A DNA stretch of 64,000 nucleotides from Enoplolaimus lenunculus (Eukaryota): positions 62,001-126,000 of the forward strand of contig JASANG010000245.1 in assembly GCA_030248215.1 (NCBI GenBank), given 5' to 3'. A program made the position numbers and the translations under genes. This document shows positions 47,506 to 61,100 of this stretch, one piece after another. The notes beneath the pieces are model-generated. The model ran no database searches, had not been told where the DNA came from, and saw nothing but the letters and a program-made list of their open reading frames with translations. Every line of letters starts with the position of its first letter. Within the stretch, counting starts at the first letter, position 1.

Positions 47506-47711
47506 GGCCCATGTTACTTTAAGGGGCGTCCAGGTTTCTGGTGGGTATATGATGTAGTAGGTTTAGAATCTAGATTATTACATTTTTTGCTTAGGCTTAT
47601 GCTTAGGCTTAGACTTAGGCTTATGAGCACATTTTTTGCAACGTTTAGGTTTAGGCTTAGGCTTAGGAATACGCTTAATCTACTGTTACGCCCCTTAAAG
47701 TAACATTGGCC
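47506..47711 (-). mobile_element. TTAGGC-bearing MITE, family B
   Basis: Near-perfect TIR GGCC(C/A)ATGTTACTTTAAGGGGCGT. Confidence 0.85.
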
Positions 47712-48264
47712 TTGTGAGCAATCATATTGTAGTTTATACAGCTAAAGGTATTTCGGCATGCATAAAACGACGATTATAGACGCATTGCCATTGGTTTTTG
47801 CGTAGATATTCAGGGTACGGCAATTTATTAATAATCAGTCACAGTCAGCTTGTCGCTGGCATATGATACGATAATTTGGAAGGATCAGCTGGTTTTGCAT
47901 TATCAACTGTATTGGCATATTCTTCGCTTTATACTAAAATAGATTTTTTTACCTTTTTAATACTTTAATTTTGATTGTTCGTTCATAAATACGTTAAAAT
48001 TCAAAATACGGCATTGCTAGAAAGCGAATCAGTTTTAGTGAGTCATTTGGTACAATTTGGACTCTGCGGGCATTAACCCGATGAGCTAAGCATGAATTAT
48101 CAAAAAAGTCAACTCAGCAGCTTTTGTAAATCATGGCTGGTTGTGAAATAGGTTTGTAATTGCTTCAACCAAAATCTGTGTGACCGAATTTCTTTGTTTT
48201 GTGTGAGTTGAATGGTGGCTTCTGCTATGCCCGGTTACAAGATCGATCAGGTTTAAATGTCAGC

Positions 48265-48478
48265 GGCCCATGTAAAGATCAAGAGCAGAGAGTTTTTCTG
48301 TGTGACAAGAATAGAGTAAGCTTAAGCTTTAGACTCTTTCTTTTGCTTGGCGTAGGCTTAGGTTTAGGCGTAGGTTTAGGCTTAGGAATATACTCATTCT
48401 TATGTTTAGGCTTAGGCTTAGGCTAAGGCTTAGGAGTATGCTAATAATACTGTTCCGTCCGTGTTCTTTACATTGGCC
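48265..48478 (-). mobile_element. TTAGGC-bearing MITE, family A
   Basis: Family TIRs and body. Confidence 0.8.
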
Positions 48479-48863
48479 AAAGCAACCGGCATACTCGCAC
48501 TTTTTGGTTTGAAATCTTTTCACAGTTTTAATATTGAATTTTTTTCGAAAACACAACCCAGCCAAACTTAAAAACCCATAAACCTTGTGACGTAGTTTAA
48601 AAATTGTTTCTGGCAAGTTTACACAGCTGTCCAAAGTTTTGCAACTAAACCGCTTAAAACCAGTGCCGTCAGCAAGAAAAGTCATTTCAACCGGAAAATG
48701 AACTGATGGTTTCCGGATACTTGTCTGGTTATAAATAGTATATTTTGAAGATAGCACGCGTTCAGGTGTAAGAAACACCTTAACACAGTACGTTTCAGTG
48801 CTCATGATATGGTATATTTTTCAAAACTGTACTGCAGATTTGAAAGTATTTTTATGGTTTATG

Positions 48864-49052
48864 GGCCCATGTTACTTTAAGGGGCGTCCAGGTGTCTGCT
48901 GGGTCTATAAAAGAGTAGGTTTAGATTCTAGATTACATTTTTTGCTTAGGCTTAGGCTTAGGCTTAGGAACACATTTTTGCAACGTTTAGGTTTAGGCTT
49001 TGGCTTAGGAATTCCATTAACTTGCAGTTACGCCCCTTAAAGTAACATTGCC
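48864..49052 (-). mobile_element. TTAGGC-bearing MITE, family B
   Basis: Family TIRs and body. Confidence 0.8.
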
Positions 49053-49405
49053 CGTTATATGTGTAGTCTTAAATATGGACCCCACTGAATCATAGGCGTT
49101 TGTTGCTACTCTGGTTTTAGAAATGTAAAGCCACATTCACACGTGCAAGATTTTGCAGCACACCAGGTGCAAGAAATTCAAGCGACTTACAACTGCGTTC
49201 ACAGGTGCGAATTAAACAAAATAGCATGAATTCCAGTGAATAATGTGCAACTGCGAGACCTTCAAACTGTTTTGGGAGCAAATTTGCGCATGTAAATGAC
49301 ACATGCGAGTGTTTGCTGCAAAAATTTGAACGTGTGAATAGGGCTTACAAGATAACTACATGCAACACCCCGTATTAACCATAAAATTGCTAGTAGCATG
49401 GGACC

Positions 49406-49978
49406 AGATGCGGATCGAAAAATTTGTGTCGAGTTGTGACGGCGCGGGCTGGCAAATGTTATGAAACGCAAATACTGTAAGGTATAGAGAAATTATCGTT
49501 TTCTCACCAAACAATTTAATTTTCTGATGGGAAAATTGTAAGATTTTATCACAAAAAAATTTCTGAAAGTAAAAATTGTATTTTTTTACAAAGCATTTTC
49601 AGAGTGAAAAAATTGTAAGGTATATCATATTATTACCAAACAATTTTCAGATGGGGAAAATTGTAAGGTCAAGATATTATAATTTTATCACAAAAAATTT
49701 CTGAGGGCAAAATCTTAGGCTCATTTTTACAAAGCATTTTCAGAGTGAAAAAATTGTAAGGTATATCATATTATTACCAAACAATTTTCAGATGAGGAAA
49801 ATTGTAAGGTCAAGATATTATAATTTTATCACAAAAAATTTCTGAGATCAAAATTAGGGACCTTATTTTTTTACAAAAAATTTTCTGAGGGGAAAAATTG
49901 TAAAATAGGGACATACCATTTTAGCACTAAAATTGCTGATGGGGACGTACGCCCCTCGCCCATCTGGATCCGCTAGTG
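49406..49978. mobile_element. hAT-like element with internal AT-rich tandem repeats
   Basis: GCGGATC...GATCCGC ends; repeated AAAATTGTAAGG modules, including a ~140-bp direct duplication (about 49585 and 49725). Confidence 0.55.
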
Positions 49979-50385
49979 CATGCGAAATTAGAAATTACCG
50001 TATAAGTTTAATCCTAGGGCACTTTAAAAGGTACCGGTAGTTTAGTACCATCAGCCTTGCGTTAGCAGGTACATGAAATGAATTTACTTCGTTGCCTTGG
50101 ATACTGTATGCGCAGTAGTTTTTCAAAAATTTCCCCAGGGCTCAAAACCGTCAATTTTTCAACAGATGGTTACCGCTGAACCAGAATTTAAAACTTCATA
50201 CCTGTTCGATATACGGTTCTAATGATCCAAAACCAAGTTTTAAATTTGCAGGCATAAGGCAGGTTTTGTCCAAGGATATTTTACATAAAATAAGTAAACC
50301 GTAATAGAGATCTAAACTTTGCACACTGCTGTCTGAATGTTGTCTCAGCAGAGTGTCGTGCGTTCCTGCGTGTTGTGCAATGAAA

Positions 50386-50673
50386 TCTATATATTAAAGC
50401 TGGAACGCCATACATACGTATTTTTGGCAGCGTTCCAACAGATTTTTGTTTACGTTACGCATGCAAGTTATAACTACTGTGTGCATTGAGAATTATTACC
50501 TATTGTTTCGGATGTGTTTTGGTAATCTGCAAAGGGCTACATGTTTTCAAAAAGCAGTTTTTTCAATTTTATTCATTTAAATATGTGGGGCCAGGCAACA
50601 ATTTAGCCTAAGGCCGGAGAAGCGCTTAGTTCGTGGCACATGTAGGCAATGTAAGCATGTGAGACAGTCCTAG
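50386..50673 (+). mobile_element. Non-autonomous Helitron with the same 5' end and a different 3' end
   Basis: A|TCTATATATTAAAGCTGGAACGCC start; CACATG...CATGTG hairpin, then CTAG|T. Confidence 0.7.
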
Positions 50674-51094
50674 TGCATATCAATATATGCTGTATACATT
50701 GTGTAACTTCGTGGCCGCGAAAAAAATTTTACTTTGTCAAGGATGGGGCGCTCAAAGGTCGGAGCCCCAAATTAGAGGGTTTGGTGACGCTTCCACCGGC
50801 ACTGACAATACTACTGACATTAAATTTAATTTCGGCTACAATTTTATGCAAATTCCACAATATCATGCGTACACCAGGTGGCTTTTGAAGGGGTAGTGTG
50901 ATGGACACTGAAGCCTTTTTGACTTCAGTGTGCTGTACATAACAGAACAAATTGTCATCTGAAGTTTTAGACACTATGTCATGAGTAGAGATACCCGACA
51001 TATACGTGTTGGATGTTACAAAAAAATTATGTATTATTAGTATTGTAACTAAATTATTCCAATTTAAATAGCTGTGAGGGTCAATCAGTGCAAT

Positions 51095-52058
51095 ATGGAA
51101 CAATCATCGACCAACGATAGCCTCGTTCATTTGCCTCGAATACCACAGGTACATTGTCAAGTATACTACATAGTAAAATTTTGGTATTAAAAACAACCAA
51201 AAATGTAAATTGAAAAAGTTTGGTAAAAGCCACTGTGTAGTTTGTATATTTGGAATGTCAGCCTTGCTGCGATCCAAAAAAACTAACCGAAACATTTTAA
51301 GTGTGGTGCTGACTTATAAAATGGTTGGTAGGTGTAGTCCGGTGTCATCCGATAATTCACATACATTGTTCAGTGTTCTATCGGAATTTCTGTTCCAGTC
51401 GGAATTCCTGCAAAAATTCAATTCCTGTTCCTGTTCCTGTTGCTTCATTCAAAGATGCAGGAACCGGAATTTTGGCGGTTTTGTGTTCAAATTACTCATA
51501 ATCATCTAAATTTTGGGGTAACTTTGTCTTTGAAAAATTGTTATTTTGAAATGAGAGTTTTGGCAATTAGTTCAATTTTATCAATATTATGTTTCTGATG
51601 TTTTCACGCAAAACTTTATGATGAAACAGCTGAAAATTCGCTCCAGCTACTTTTTTTGGCAAGTTTTCTAAAAAGTCCAATAGTAATGACACCTTTCTCT
51701 TTAAAAATTGTTATTTCGAAATCCTGTAAGCAGGATGTCTGCCTCTTCCTTGGACTCTGCAAAGAGACAAGTTCTAAATATAACATCCTTCCTACAGAGT
51801 TCCTAAAAATGACATAGGTCCTTACACAGACCAGGACAATTTTTTACACTAGCGCGCGCACTATTACGTGAATGACCCATAATGTTTCGCCACGTATTCG
51901 TCGCACATTTAACTCCGGCATTTAATTCACTTTTTTGTTTTCACAGGACCCACCGGTTCGAAAACAAAAAATCAAAGGCATATCGCGATTGTTGCGCAAC
52001 CTTCGTGGCAACAGGCGACGTCTACAACATGAACAAAACGCCATCGAACAGCAACAGC

Positions 52059-52100
<42 letters not shown>

Positions 52101-55100
52101 TTGATGACCAAGATGAAACTGCATGCGATGTTGAAATTGCAAGTGCAACATATCGCAAAAGTGCATCTGTTGCTGCAACACGAAACAAACGACGCAAAGA
52201 TAAACGATGCAGTGATATTGTGCAACAATGCTCAACAAGCACTGAGTCGTCTCGGTTGATGATAAGTCAGTATTTCAGGACGCCATCAAATTCGCCAACA
52301 CGTAACAACGGCAACGTTGATGGAGATATTCGAAAATCACGATCCGATACAGATTTGTTGCCACCGATAAAAGATAACTCGATTCAAAAGGTATAAATCG
52401 TTTCAGGCGGTGTCTGCAGACACTTGAAACTGGTGGAGCATTAGCTAATAACTAATTTGCATATTAGCTTAATTGACAAAACAAAATTAGGACTTTTTAA
52501 ATTATTCCAAAAATTATTAGAGTGGCTGAAGGGTTTTTGGATGCGAGGAATCGGAGGAAATTGCTTACAAACCTCCAAAACCGATAAATGAATAGTTAGC
52601 TAACAACTAATTTGCATATTACTTTAATGGCTTACGTGCGTTCGAGCTTCGCTCAATAAATGTAGTCCCACTACGACTGGTAAGCATAAATCGCAGTTTC
52701 GTTCAACCCTACGGAAGACACCGATTTTCGGAAACGTAGCCTAAGTGCACTTTTTTTGCAAAAACACCAGTTAAATATTCGGTTTATAAACTTAAACGGT
52801 TGTAAATTTCGTTTAGGCGTTAATGATAAACCGGGAATAGCGCCTAACAGGCCCGGAGCCAGCTCACCTTGCTAGGGTGGGGGGTTAAAACATTTTCAGC
52901 AGGGACATTTTAAGGTTTTCGATGACTGCAAAGCAAAGTTGAAAATCTTCTGGGTGGGGGCAAAATTTTTCCAGGGGGAGGCTGAGGCCTATCCTTGGCT
53001 ACGGGCCCAACGGTTAGACCAAAATATATTAAACAGCAAAATAATCATTCGGGCTCGTAGCCAGAAGGGCGTGCGCTTAGCCATCATACCGAAAATTGTT
53101 TCATACCTCTTTGAAAATTTTTATCTTCACATGTAAGCTTTATTTCTACCGGGGGGTTCGTCCTAAAATTGTTTTGTTCGTCCAGCAGGCTGAACTGGCT
53201 ACGGACTTGTACTCATTAAATATTGTAAAACGCGATTTTGATCCAGATATTGACGTTACTACGAAACTGAGCTATATCTGCTTAAAATGATAGCTAAGAT
53301 AGCAAAAATTGCTAAAATAACATTTAATTTTAACCATTCAATCATACGACACATATCAGAAGATTTTAGCGGTTTCAGTTCAACGGAATGGACTGTTTGA
53401 AACAACCGGATCGAAAATTACTCCAAGATCCTGGCAGTTCAGCGATGTTCGAGTTGTCGACGCTACGAAAAAACTCGCTTAATTATTTTATATGGTCAAC
53501 CGTTGAAGAATTTCAGTAATTTCTCATCACAAAAAAATTTGGCACATGTTTACTTTTAGGGCCGTTCCGGTTTCTGACAGGAGTGTAGAAGAGTCGACTT
53601 AGATTCCAGACTACACTTTTTGCTTAGGCTTAGGTTTAGGCTTAGGTTTAGGAATAGAATTTTTCAACGCCTAGGCTTAATACAGAGGCTTAGGAATACG
53701 CTTAATCTACTGTTACGCCATTAAAAGTAACATTGGCCAAAATAATTTCATATCACAATAATTTTGGTGGTTCATAGACGTTTTACTATACGGAAATATG
53801 AAATAGTTTCGCTGACATTTTACCTAAAAATGACAACGATATAGTCAAATTAGTAATTTTACATGTGAGTAAACATGGCCATCGGCTCTGTCAAGCCAGA
53901 TAGGACAAGCATGTCTCACACGTTTACAGTCTTTTAAACTAAACCAGATTCGATGTAACTTTCTGATTCTAAACAGTTTTTGGAATAACAGAACCAGCTA
54001 GGCTCGAAATTCAATATAAACTACAATTAACCAAGTGAAAAGAATATTTTTACTACGAATAGAATAGTATATTTTAGGAAATCGTTTAAAACACAAATAA
54101 AGGTTGCACTATGTTTTTGTTGACGTCCGGCGTCGTCCGTGACACGTACGGTGCCGTCCGTCACACGTGCGGTGCCGTCCGTCACACGTACGGTGCCGTC
54201 CGTCACACGTACGGTGCCGTCCGTCACACGTACGGTGCCGTCCGTCACACGTCCGGTGCCGTCCGTCACACGTCCGGTGCCGTCCGTCACACGTACGGTG
54301 CCGTCCGTCACACGTACGGTGCCGTCCGTCACACGTACGGTGCCGTCCGTCACACGTCCGGTGCCGTCCGTCACCGTGCGTTACCGTCCCTCGCCGCGCG
54401 TCACCGTACAGCCGTCCGTCACCGTACGGTATCGTACGCAAATAACTCACGTATATACGATAAGTTATGGTACGAACGGTGACGGACGGCACCGGACGAC
54501 AAGTATAGAGCATCCGTAACTATTGGATATAAATGGTTCAAATTTTCAACTGGGCTATGCTTCTTCGAACCCAATTTTAGGCAAGCAATCGATTTAGCCA
54601 ACGAAGCTGACGACTACTGTGACGTCGCAAATTTCTACAATACAGCGTTTCATTCGTACAGCGATTTGAACAAAGCATTCAGGGTAAATACGTATGGCAG
54701 GAACAACCCACGTTACATTTAGGGACGTTCATTTTTCTGGTGGGTCTAGAAAAGAGTAGGTTTAGATTCTAGATGCCATTTTTTGCTTACGCTTAGGCTT
54801 AGGGTTAGACTTAGGCTTAAGCTTAGGCTTAGGCTTAGGCTTAGAAATAAATTCATTCTTACGCGTAGGCTTAGGCTTAGGCTTAAGCTTAGGAATAAGC
54901 TTATAATACTATTCCGCCCCTGTTCTTGCAATAAATTCATTCTTTGCTTAGGCTTAGGCTTAGGCTTAGGCTTAGGAATAAGCTTATAATACTATTCCGC
55001 TCCAGTTCTTTACATTGGCCCAAACTTTTTAGGTAAGGAAATCTAGCCACACATCAGACGGCTGTAGCCAATCGCATACAAGTGACACGACGGCGTCTGG

Positions 55101-58100
55101 TCTTGATCAAGAACTGATTAACTTTTCATACGAAGCATTGATGAAGCTTGTAAGTTGTTCAATTTCATATTTTGTTACTGCGTTAAAATTGAGTCAGGCA
55201 AAGTTTGGTTACTGTTGTAACTCAATCCTTAGGTTTGTTTACAACGCTCATCAGCAGAACTAAGCTGAGTTGAACCAGTTTTAAATGTTTTTACAGGAAC
55301 GATTCAACTTTTGGTTGTTGAACAATGAAAGGTTGAAGAAATATTCTAATTTTTGGTTTATATTTTGTAAACTTTTTGTTCATTTACTTTTTTTTGGCTC
55401 ATGTAAAGATCAGGGGGCGGAGAGTTTTTCTGTGGGACTAGAATAGTGTAAGCTTAAGCTTAAGACTATTTTTTGGCTTGGCTTAAGCTTAGGCTTAGGC
55501 TTAGGTTTAGGTTTAGGCTTAGGCTTAGGCTTAGGCTCAGGAATATGCTCATTTGTAAAACATAGGCTTAGGCTTAGGCTTAGGTTTATGCTTTGGCTTA
55601 GGCTTAGGAATTTGCTTATAATACTGTTTCGCTCCTGTTCTTTTTACATTGGCCTCTTTTTTTAATATTGCGTCATGAACATAGGCTAAATAATTGCGAG
55701 GAGTTATTCGATAAAATATTTACTACTTTGTTATCATAGGCTTTATAGCTTGTATATTTTTAGCCTCAAGATATACAAAAGAATACGTTAAAATCGGTTA
55801 TCAATGCTCTGTTATCAGACCAAAGGTAAATAGTTAACGAAAATATGGTCAAACAAAACTTTGTACACAGTTTCTCAAACTTAAAAAAACTTGCGGGTGA
55901 CTGATAAAACGCCAATTTCATAAGCTTTTATGTCTTAAAAATTTTTATGCAAAATGTTAAAAAATACTAGCGATTTTGAAAATTTCAATTTCATTTAATT
56001 CTCATTCAAATTCAAAATTGTGCCAGTTGCATGGTTACGAAATGAAAAATATTATTACAAACGATTTGGTTGCAGAGATATAACTTAAGTTCAATTTTGA
56101 TTGACGTGAAATTATTGTTTATGTTTCACAACTTTATGATATCTCAGGTCGCTAAATTTGTTTTTTTTCGTGAAAAACACGAAATTTGATAGTGGATATA
56201 TGTGCATGTTGCCTGGAAACGCAAGTTTTAAAATGAGTTTTAAGGTATTTGACAATGTTCAGAAGTTGTCCAAGCGTCATTCTTTTGGTTCTTTTTGTTC
56301 AATGACACTTTAACCTGTATATATATGTGTGTGTATCAGGGTTAAACCGGATTTCCTGTTCTGGTCAGAATTCTTACAAAAATTCAATTCCTATTCCTGT
56401 TCCTGTTCCTACATTCAAAGATGCAGGAATCGGGAATTTTCACAGTTTTGGGGAATTGGGTAACTTTGTCTTGGAAAAATTGTAATTTTAAAATGAGAGT
56501 TTTGGCAAATAGTTCAATTTTATCAATGTTATGTTTCTGACGTTTTCTCGCAAAACTTTATAATGAAATAGCTGAAAATTCGCTCAAGCTTATTGTTTGG
56601 CAAGTTTTCTAAAAAGTCCAATAGTAATTCGGTAATGAAAATTGTTTCTAATTCAGGTTTTTTTTCCGGTTCCTACAAATATATTTAATATGTTTAAGAC
56701 CTCTTGACACTGTTGTGATCAAGTCTCTATGCCGAGAAAACTTACGAGCCTATATGATATTGATTCAAGTAAGCGTTCTTTCTTCTATATATGTGTGGTC
56801 AATGTCGCTAATAGGTTCCTTCCAAAATCCGCGTATGAATCACGAGAATTTGGGATTTTGGCAATCGGAATTTTACCCGAAAAAGTAAGATTTTACTAAA
56901 TTGAGATTTCAGCCGGGAACATAGGATTTGGAGAATTTACAAACTAACCAACGGGTGGAATTGCAGATTTCACAATTTGCACAAAACAAAAGAAATCGAA
57001 ACCAATAAATTGCTGAATTTCAAACCTCAACATTCTCTGATTCGAAAATTACAATATTGATCACCAACTGATAATAGGTGCTATACACATTTGAGAATAC
57101 GGGCTTTGATACCGAAAGATTTCGTTTTATATTTTACAGAATCCACAATTTCGTCGTCCATCAACGTACGTGGTATACGCCCATTTATTGCGACAAATGG
57201 CAACTTTGTGCGATAAAGATCAATCAACAATGACAACTTGGCTTGCTGAGTAAGGATCGTGTTGACCAATCAGGACAAAGCCCCGGCCATAATATTGCAC
57301 TGTTGCTAATCGGAGGGGGGGGCGTGACATTGTTGCGAAATGAAAAATATAGAAATAACGATTGGGTTTCTGAGACATGACTTAAGTTCAATTTTGACTA
57401 AAGTCAAATTATTGCTTAAGTTTCGCAGTTTTAGTTACAAGTCAGAAGTTTTCAATAAAGATTCCTTGGAGCTAAATTAGTCCAAGTTGCCAGAAGATGA
57501 TACTGATTTGGAGCCTGCAGTTTTTTTACCAACGAGATAAAGGACTTGCCTTCGAGACGTGTGTTTACTCAAAATTTCACCCCTTCAAACGTCAAATCAT
57601 TTTTGTGACTTAAATTAAAAACAATGTGAATCAGAAGTCGATATCATTTAAGTCTGCAATCCAGTCAACTATTCAGAAATTCTATTTTCAAGTACTACTT
57701 CATGCTTAAATATGTGCTATACCAAATACTTAAGTCATTGACTAAACTTGATGTACTACAGACTAACAGTCAAGAGACATCTTAGCCTAGTCGAGATTGG
57801 GGCGTTATCGCACCTCAAAACTGGCATTCTACGTCTGACACTAAGTCAAATTTGGCACTTTTGTTATTTTGTTCGAAAAGTTAAGTTTAAGTGTTAATTT
57901 AAGTGAATACTTAAGTAAGATTTCCGAAATCAAAATATATGCAGTCAAATTTGGCTAATAAACGATCGCTTTATGGCACAAGACGCTACAACTGTTCGTA
58001 AGGGTTGTGCTATACTCGCCGCGTGCCACCGGACACCAGCGCAGCACGCCGACCCGCGGCATAGTGAAAAATTATTCATTAAAGGTTGCCGCACGGCGCC

Positions 58101-61100
58101 GCATACCGCCGAACGCTGCTGCGTGCCGCCAAATAGGTTTTGCCTATTTTTTGGTAGCAACGCATAGAGGCGTGCGGCGGTGTGCGACGACGTCCGGGAC
58201 AGGATAGAGTATGCCGCATCCCTAACAGTAATACGTCGTTTAGGGCTTAAAGACTTGAAACAAACGGCAATTCGTAGGAATAGCTTAAGGGCACGTAATG
58301 ACAAACAAGCCAGGTTGAAACATTTTACGTACGAGGCCAAAATTGATAATTCGAAAAAGGGGGTGCACGAATACTATTAATGATTTTTAAACATTCGGCT
58401 CCATCCAATTGTTGTGGGGTCCTGATATCGCTGTGGTGATTTTTTGAAGTTGATACAATATCGTTGAGCCAAAACGGTGTGAAAACTGTGAAAAGATGAA
58501 ACTTAAACGATTTTTAACGTTAAAATGAAGGCTATGAAAATAATTTTTTTAGACTTCCACGGGATACATTTCGGTCAGTATCGACTAGCATTCAACAATT
58601 TATCAGTATTCGTCTGTTTCCACCAAGACCGCAAGACTTACCGCCGATGGATCGATGTTCATGGTGGGTGCCGTGTGCTGTCCGTGTGCTTGCTATGATG
58701 AGTAAGTGTCACTGACAATAGTTTATCGTGAAACAATTCGCGAACAAAGCCAGCAAGAAGCCAAACGCATTTATTCATCGAAATCTAAATTTGTCGATAT
58801 GCCGACTGTCTTGTGGGCGTAGACTTGATGGACCCATCATGATGGAAACAGGGTTTTATAGTTTAATAGCGATGCAAAAACAATACAAACGTTTTTATAT
58901 GTGAACAGAAATAATCGCATATAATTGTTGAAAGGATTTATACGTTAATGAATGCAGTGCAATTCATATAGACTTGCAAACATGTAGCAAAGCAACGATT
59001 TGAACAATTATTTCACGGGGTGTCAACCACGGGCGTAACATTTAACCCGGAAGCTTAAGGGCAAGGAAGCTAATGTTTTATCCGGATCCAAAGACCTAAA
59101 AGTCATACAGAGTAGTGTACTATAAGCTCCGGGTGAGATCCGAGGAAAAAAGCCAGGCGCATTTCTAAAACATTTTAAATGTCTGCTCGAAACTTTACTG
59201 TTGATTGATTTCAGAGGGGCTCATGTATAAAACAGGGACGGAACAGTAGTATAAGCATATTGCTAATCATAAGCCTAAGCCTAACCCTAAGCATATAAAT
59301 GAGCCTATTCCTAAGCGCCTAAGCCTAAGCCTAAGCCTAAGCAAAAAAATTTACTCTAAAGCTTAAACTGACTCTATTATAGCCCCTCCGGAACACGATC
59401 CGGCCCTGTTCTATACATGGGCCTTCAGAGGTGTCAGCGACACCCATTCATTTTTATAGGAGTATCTACTGACAGCCTAGAAACTCATGTTTCTGCCGCC
59501 GTTGCTTACTTCCTTTCTTATGTGAAGTTTCACCTCAGGCATAACGAACTTAAACCGATACCTAAGCATGCAAAAAAAACCTAAGCTTAATCCTGAACCG
59601 AAACCTGAGCAAAAGACCTGTCTAGTCTAAACCTAACATGAGCTAGCCTTAACGCCTATTCACAAGTTTGAGTTTTTAGAACAAAAAATTGCACGTGTAA
59701 CTTAGTCACAAAACAGCTTCGAAGTTCTTGCAGCCGCAAATTTAAGTTTAATTCGTACGTGTGACCGCAGTTGCAAATCGCTTGGATTCGTTGCACTTGC
59801 GTTTTTATTCGCCGAGCGGAAGACGGTGTAGTTGAGTGTTTCGGAATTTTCTTGAATTAATTCAAATATCACATACTTGTCTGATATTTTGCAGCTTATT
59901 TGGTGAGGCTGTGTAAGAAAAGCCTTGTATCTACGGAGTATTAATTAGAAACTGTAGGCTTTGAAAACGGTTTAATGTCAAGCAATTTCGAGTGAAGTCT
60001 TTTTTGCGCTTGACTATTTTTTGTAGCTGAACGTTTTAGCTACACGTTTTGTATGCAAATTGAGTCGGAAAACTTGCAGCTGCAAATTATTCATTATGAA
60101 CACGCGCCAGGAATTAATTCATAGACATTAATAGACTTACAAGTCGAAGCAATTTATCATCTTGGGCTGATCTTATAATTTGTAGCTTTTGCTTGATTTT
60201 TGTCGCTGTCGTTTGCAGTTTAACTATATCATTTCACGTCTCAACAGAATGAAAGTGATGTTTTCTTGCAAATACTTGCAACTGCAAATATTTCGTACAC
60301 GTTGCATCTGCGAATTCTCGTTTGCACGCGTGTCTCGGGTTTTAACCTAAACATGCAATGATCTATTCATATTTACACTGTGGGGGTGACATGTGCCTTC
60401 TATTGAATTAACATTAGTGTCCAGAAAGTATCCTTTCCGAGTGTCTGGGGGCAGAGATTGCCGTTCATGGTGGCCTTAATTTTTAACTAAAAGAGCCCAT
60501 GTAAAGATCTGGGGCGGAAAGTTTTTCTGTGGGACTGCAATAGAGTAAGGTTAAGCTTTAGACTAATTTTTAGACTAAGGCTTAGGTTTATGCTTAGGCT
60601 TAGAAATATGCTCATTGTTACGCTTAGGTTTAGGCTTAGGCTTTGGCTTAGTCTTAGAAATATGCTTATAATAGGTACTGTTCCGCCCCTGTTCTTTCCA
60701 TTGGCCACTAAAACCAACTATAGTACTACGAAACATAGAAGCTGACTGCTATTCAGTTCAAAGATGCGGCCAACGTATACAACCGTGGCTGTAACTGTAG
60801 TATCAGAATATTTCTAAACCTAAGCCTAAACGTAAGAATGAGCCTATGCGTAAGCGTAAGCCTAAAACCCGAGCATAAAGTTTAGTATAAAGCTTAAGGT
60901 TACTCTATTGCAGTCGAGCAAAAAACGTTGCACCCCTGATGTTTTCACATGGGCAAAAGATGCGGATAGGTAGTGATCCCACAAACCAACAATACATGAC
61001 ACCTTCATGATGACATAGAAACTTATTGTTTTTATAGCAACAATTCTTTGATCTTTACAGACGCCGCCAATAACTCAAAGCGGTTTATAATACCGTTCAC

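Noticed and set aside
51882..52259. PolyN, polyC, polyV and polyL ORFs
   Set aside because: Alternative frames of the (CAA)n tract; only the polyQ frame joins in phase to the HECTD2 exons.
55297..55360. Candidate HECTD2 exon (ERFNFWLL...)
   Set aside because: No homology, and exon 55764-55825 supplies the conserved PQDIQK sequence in the right phase.
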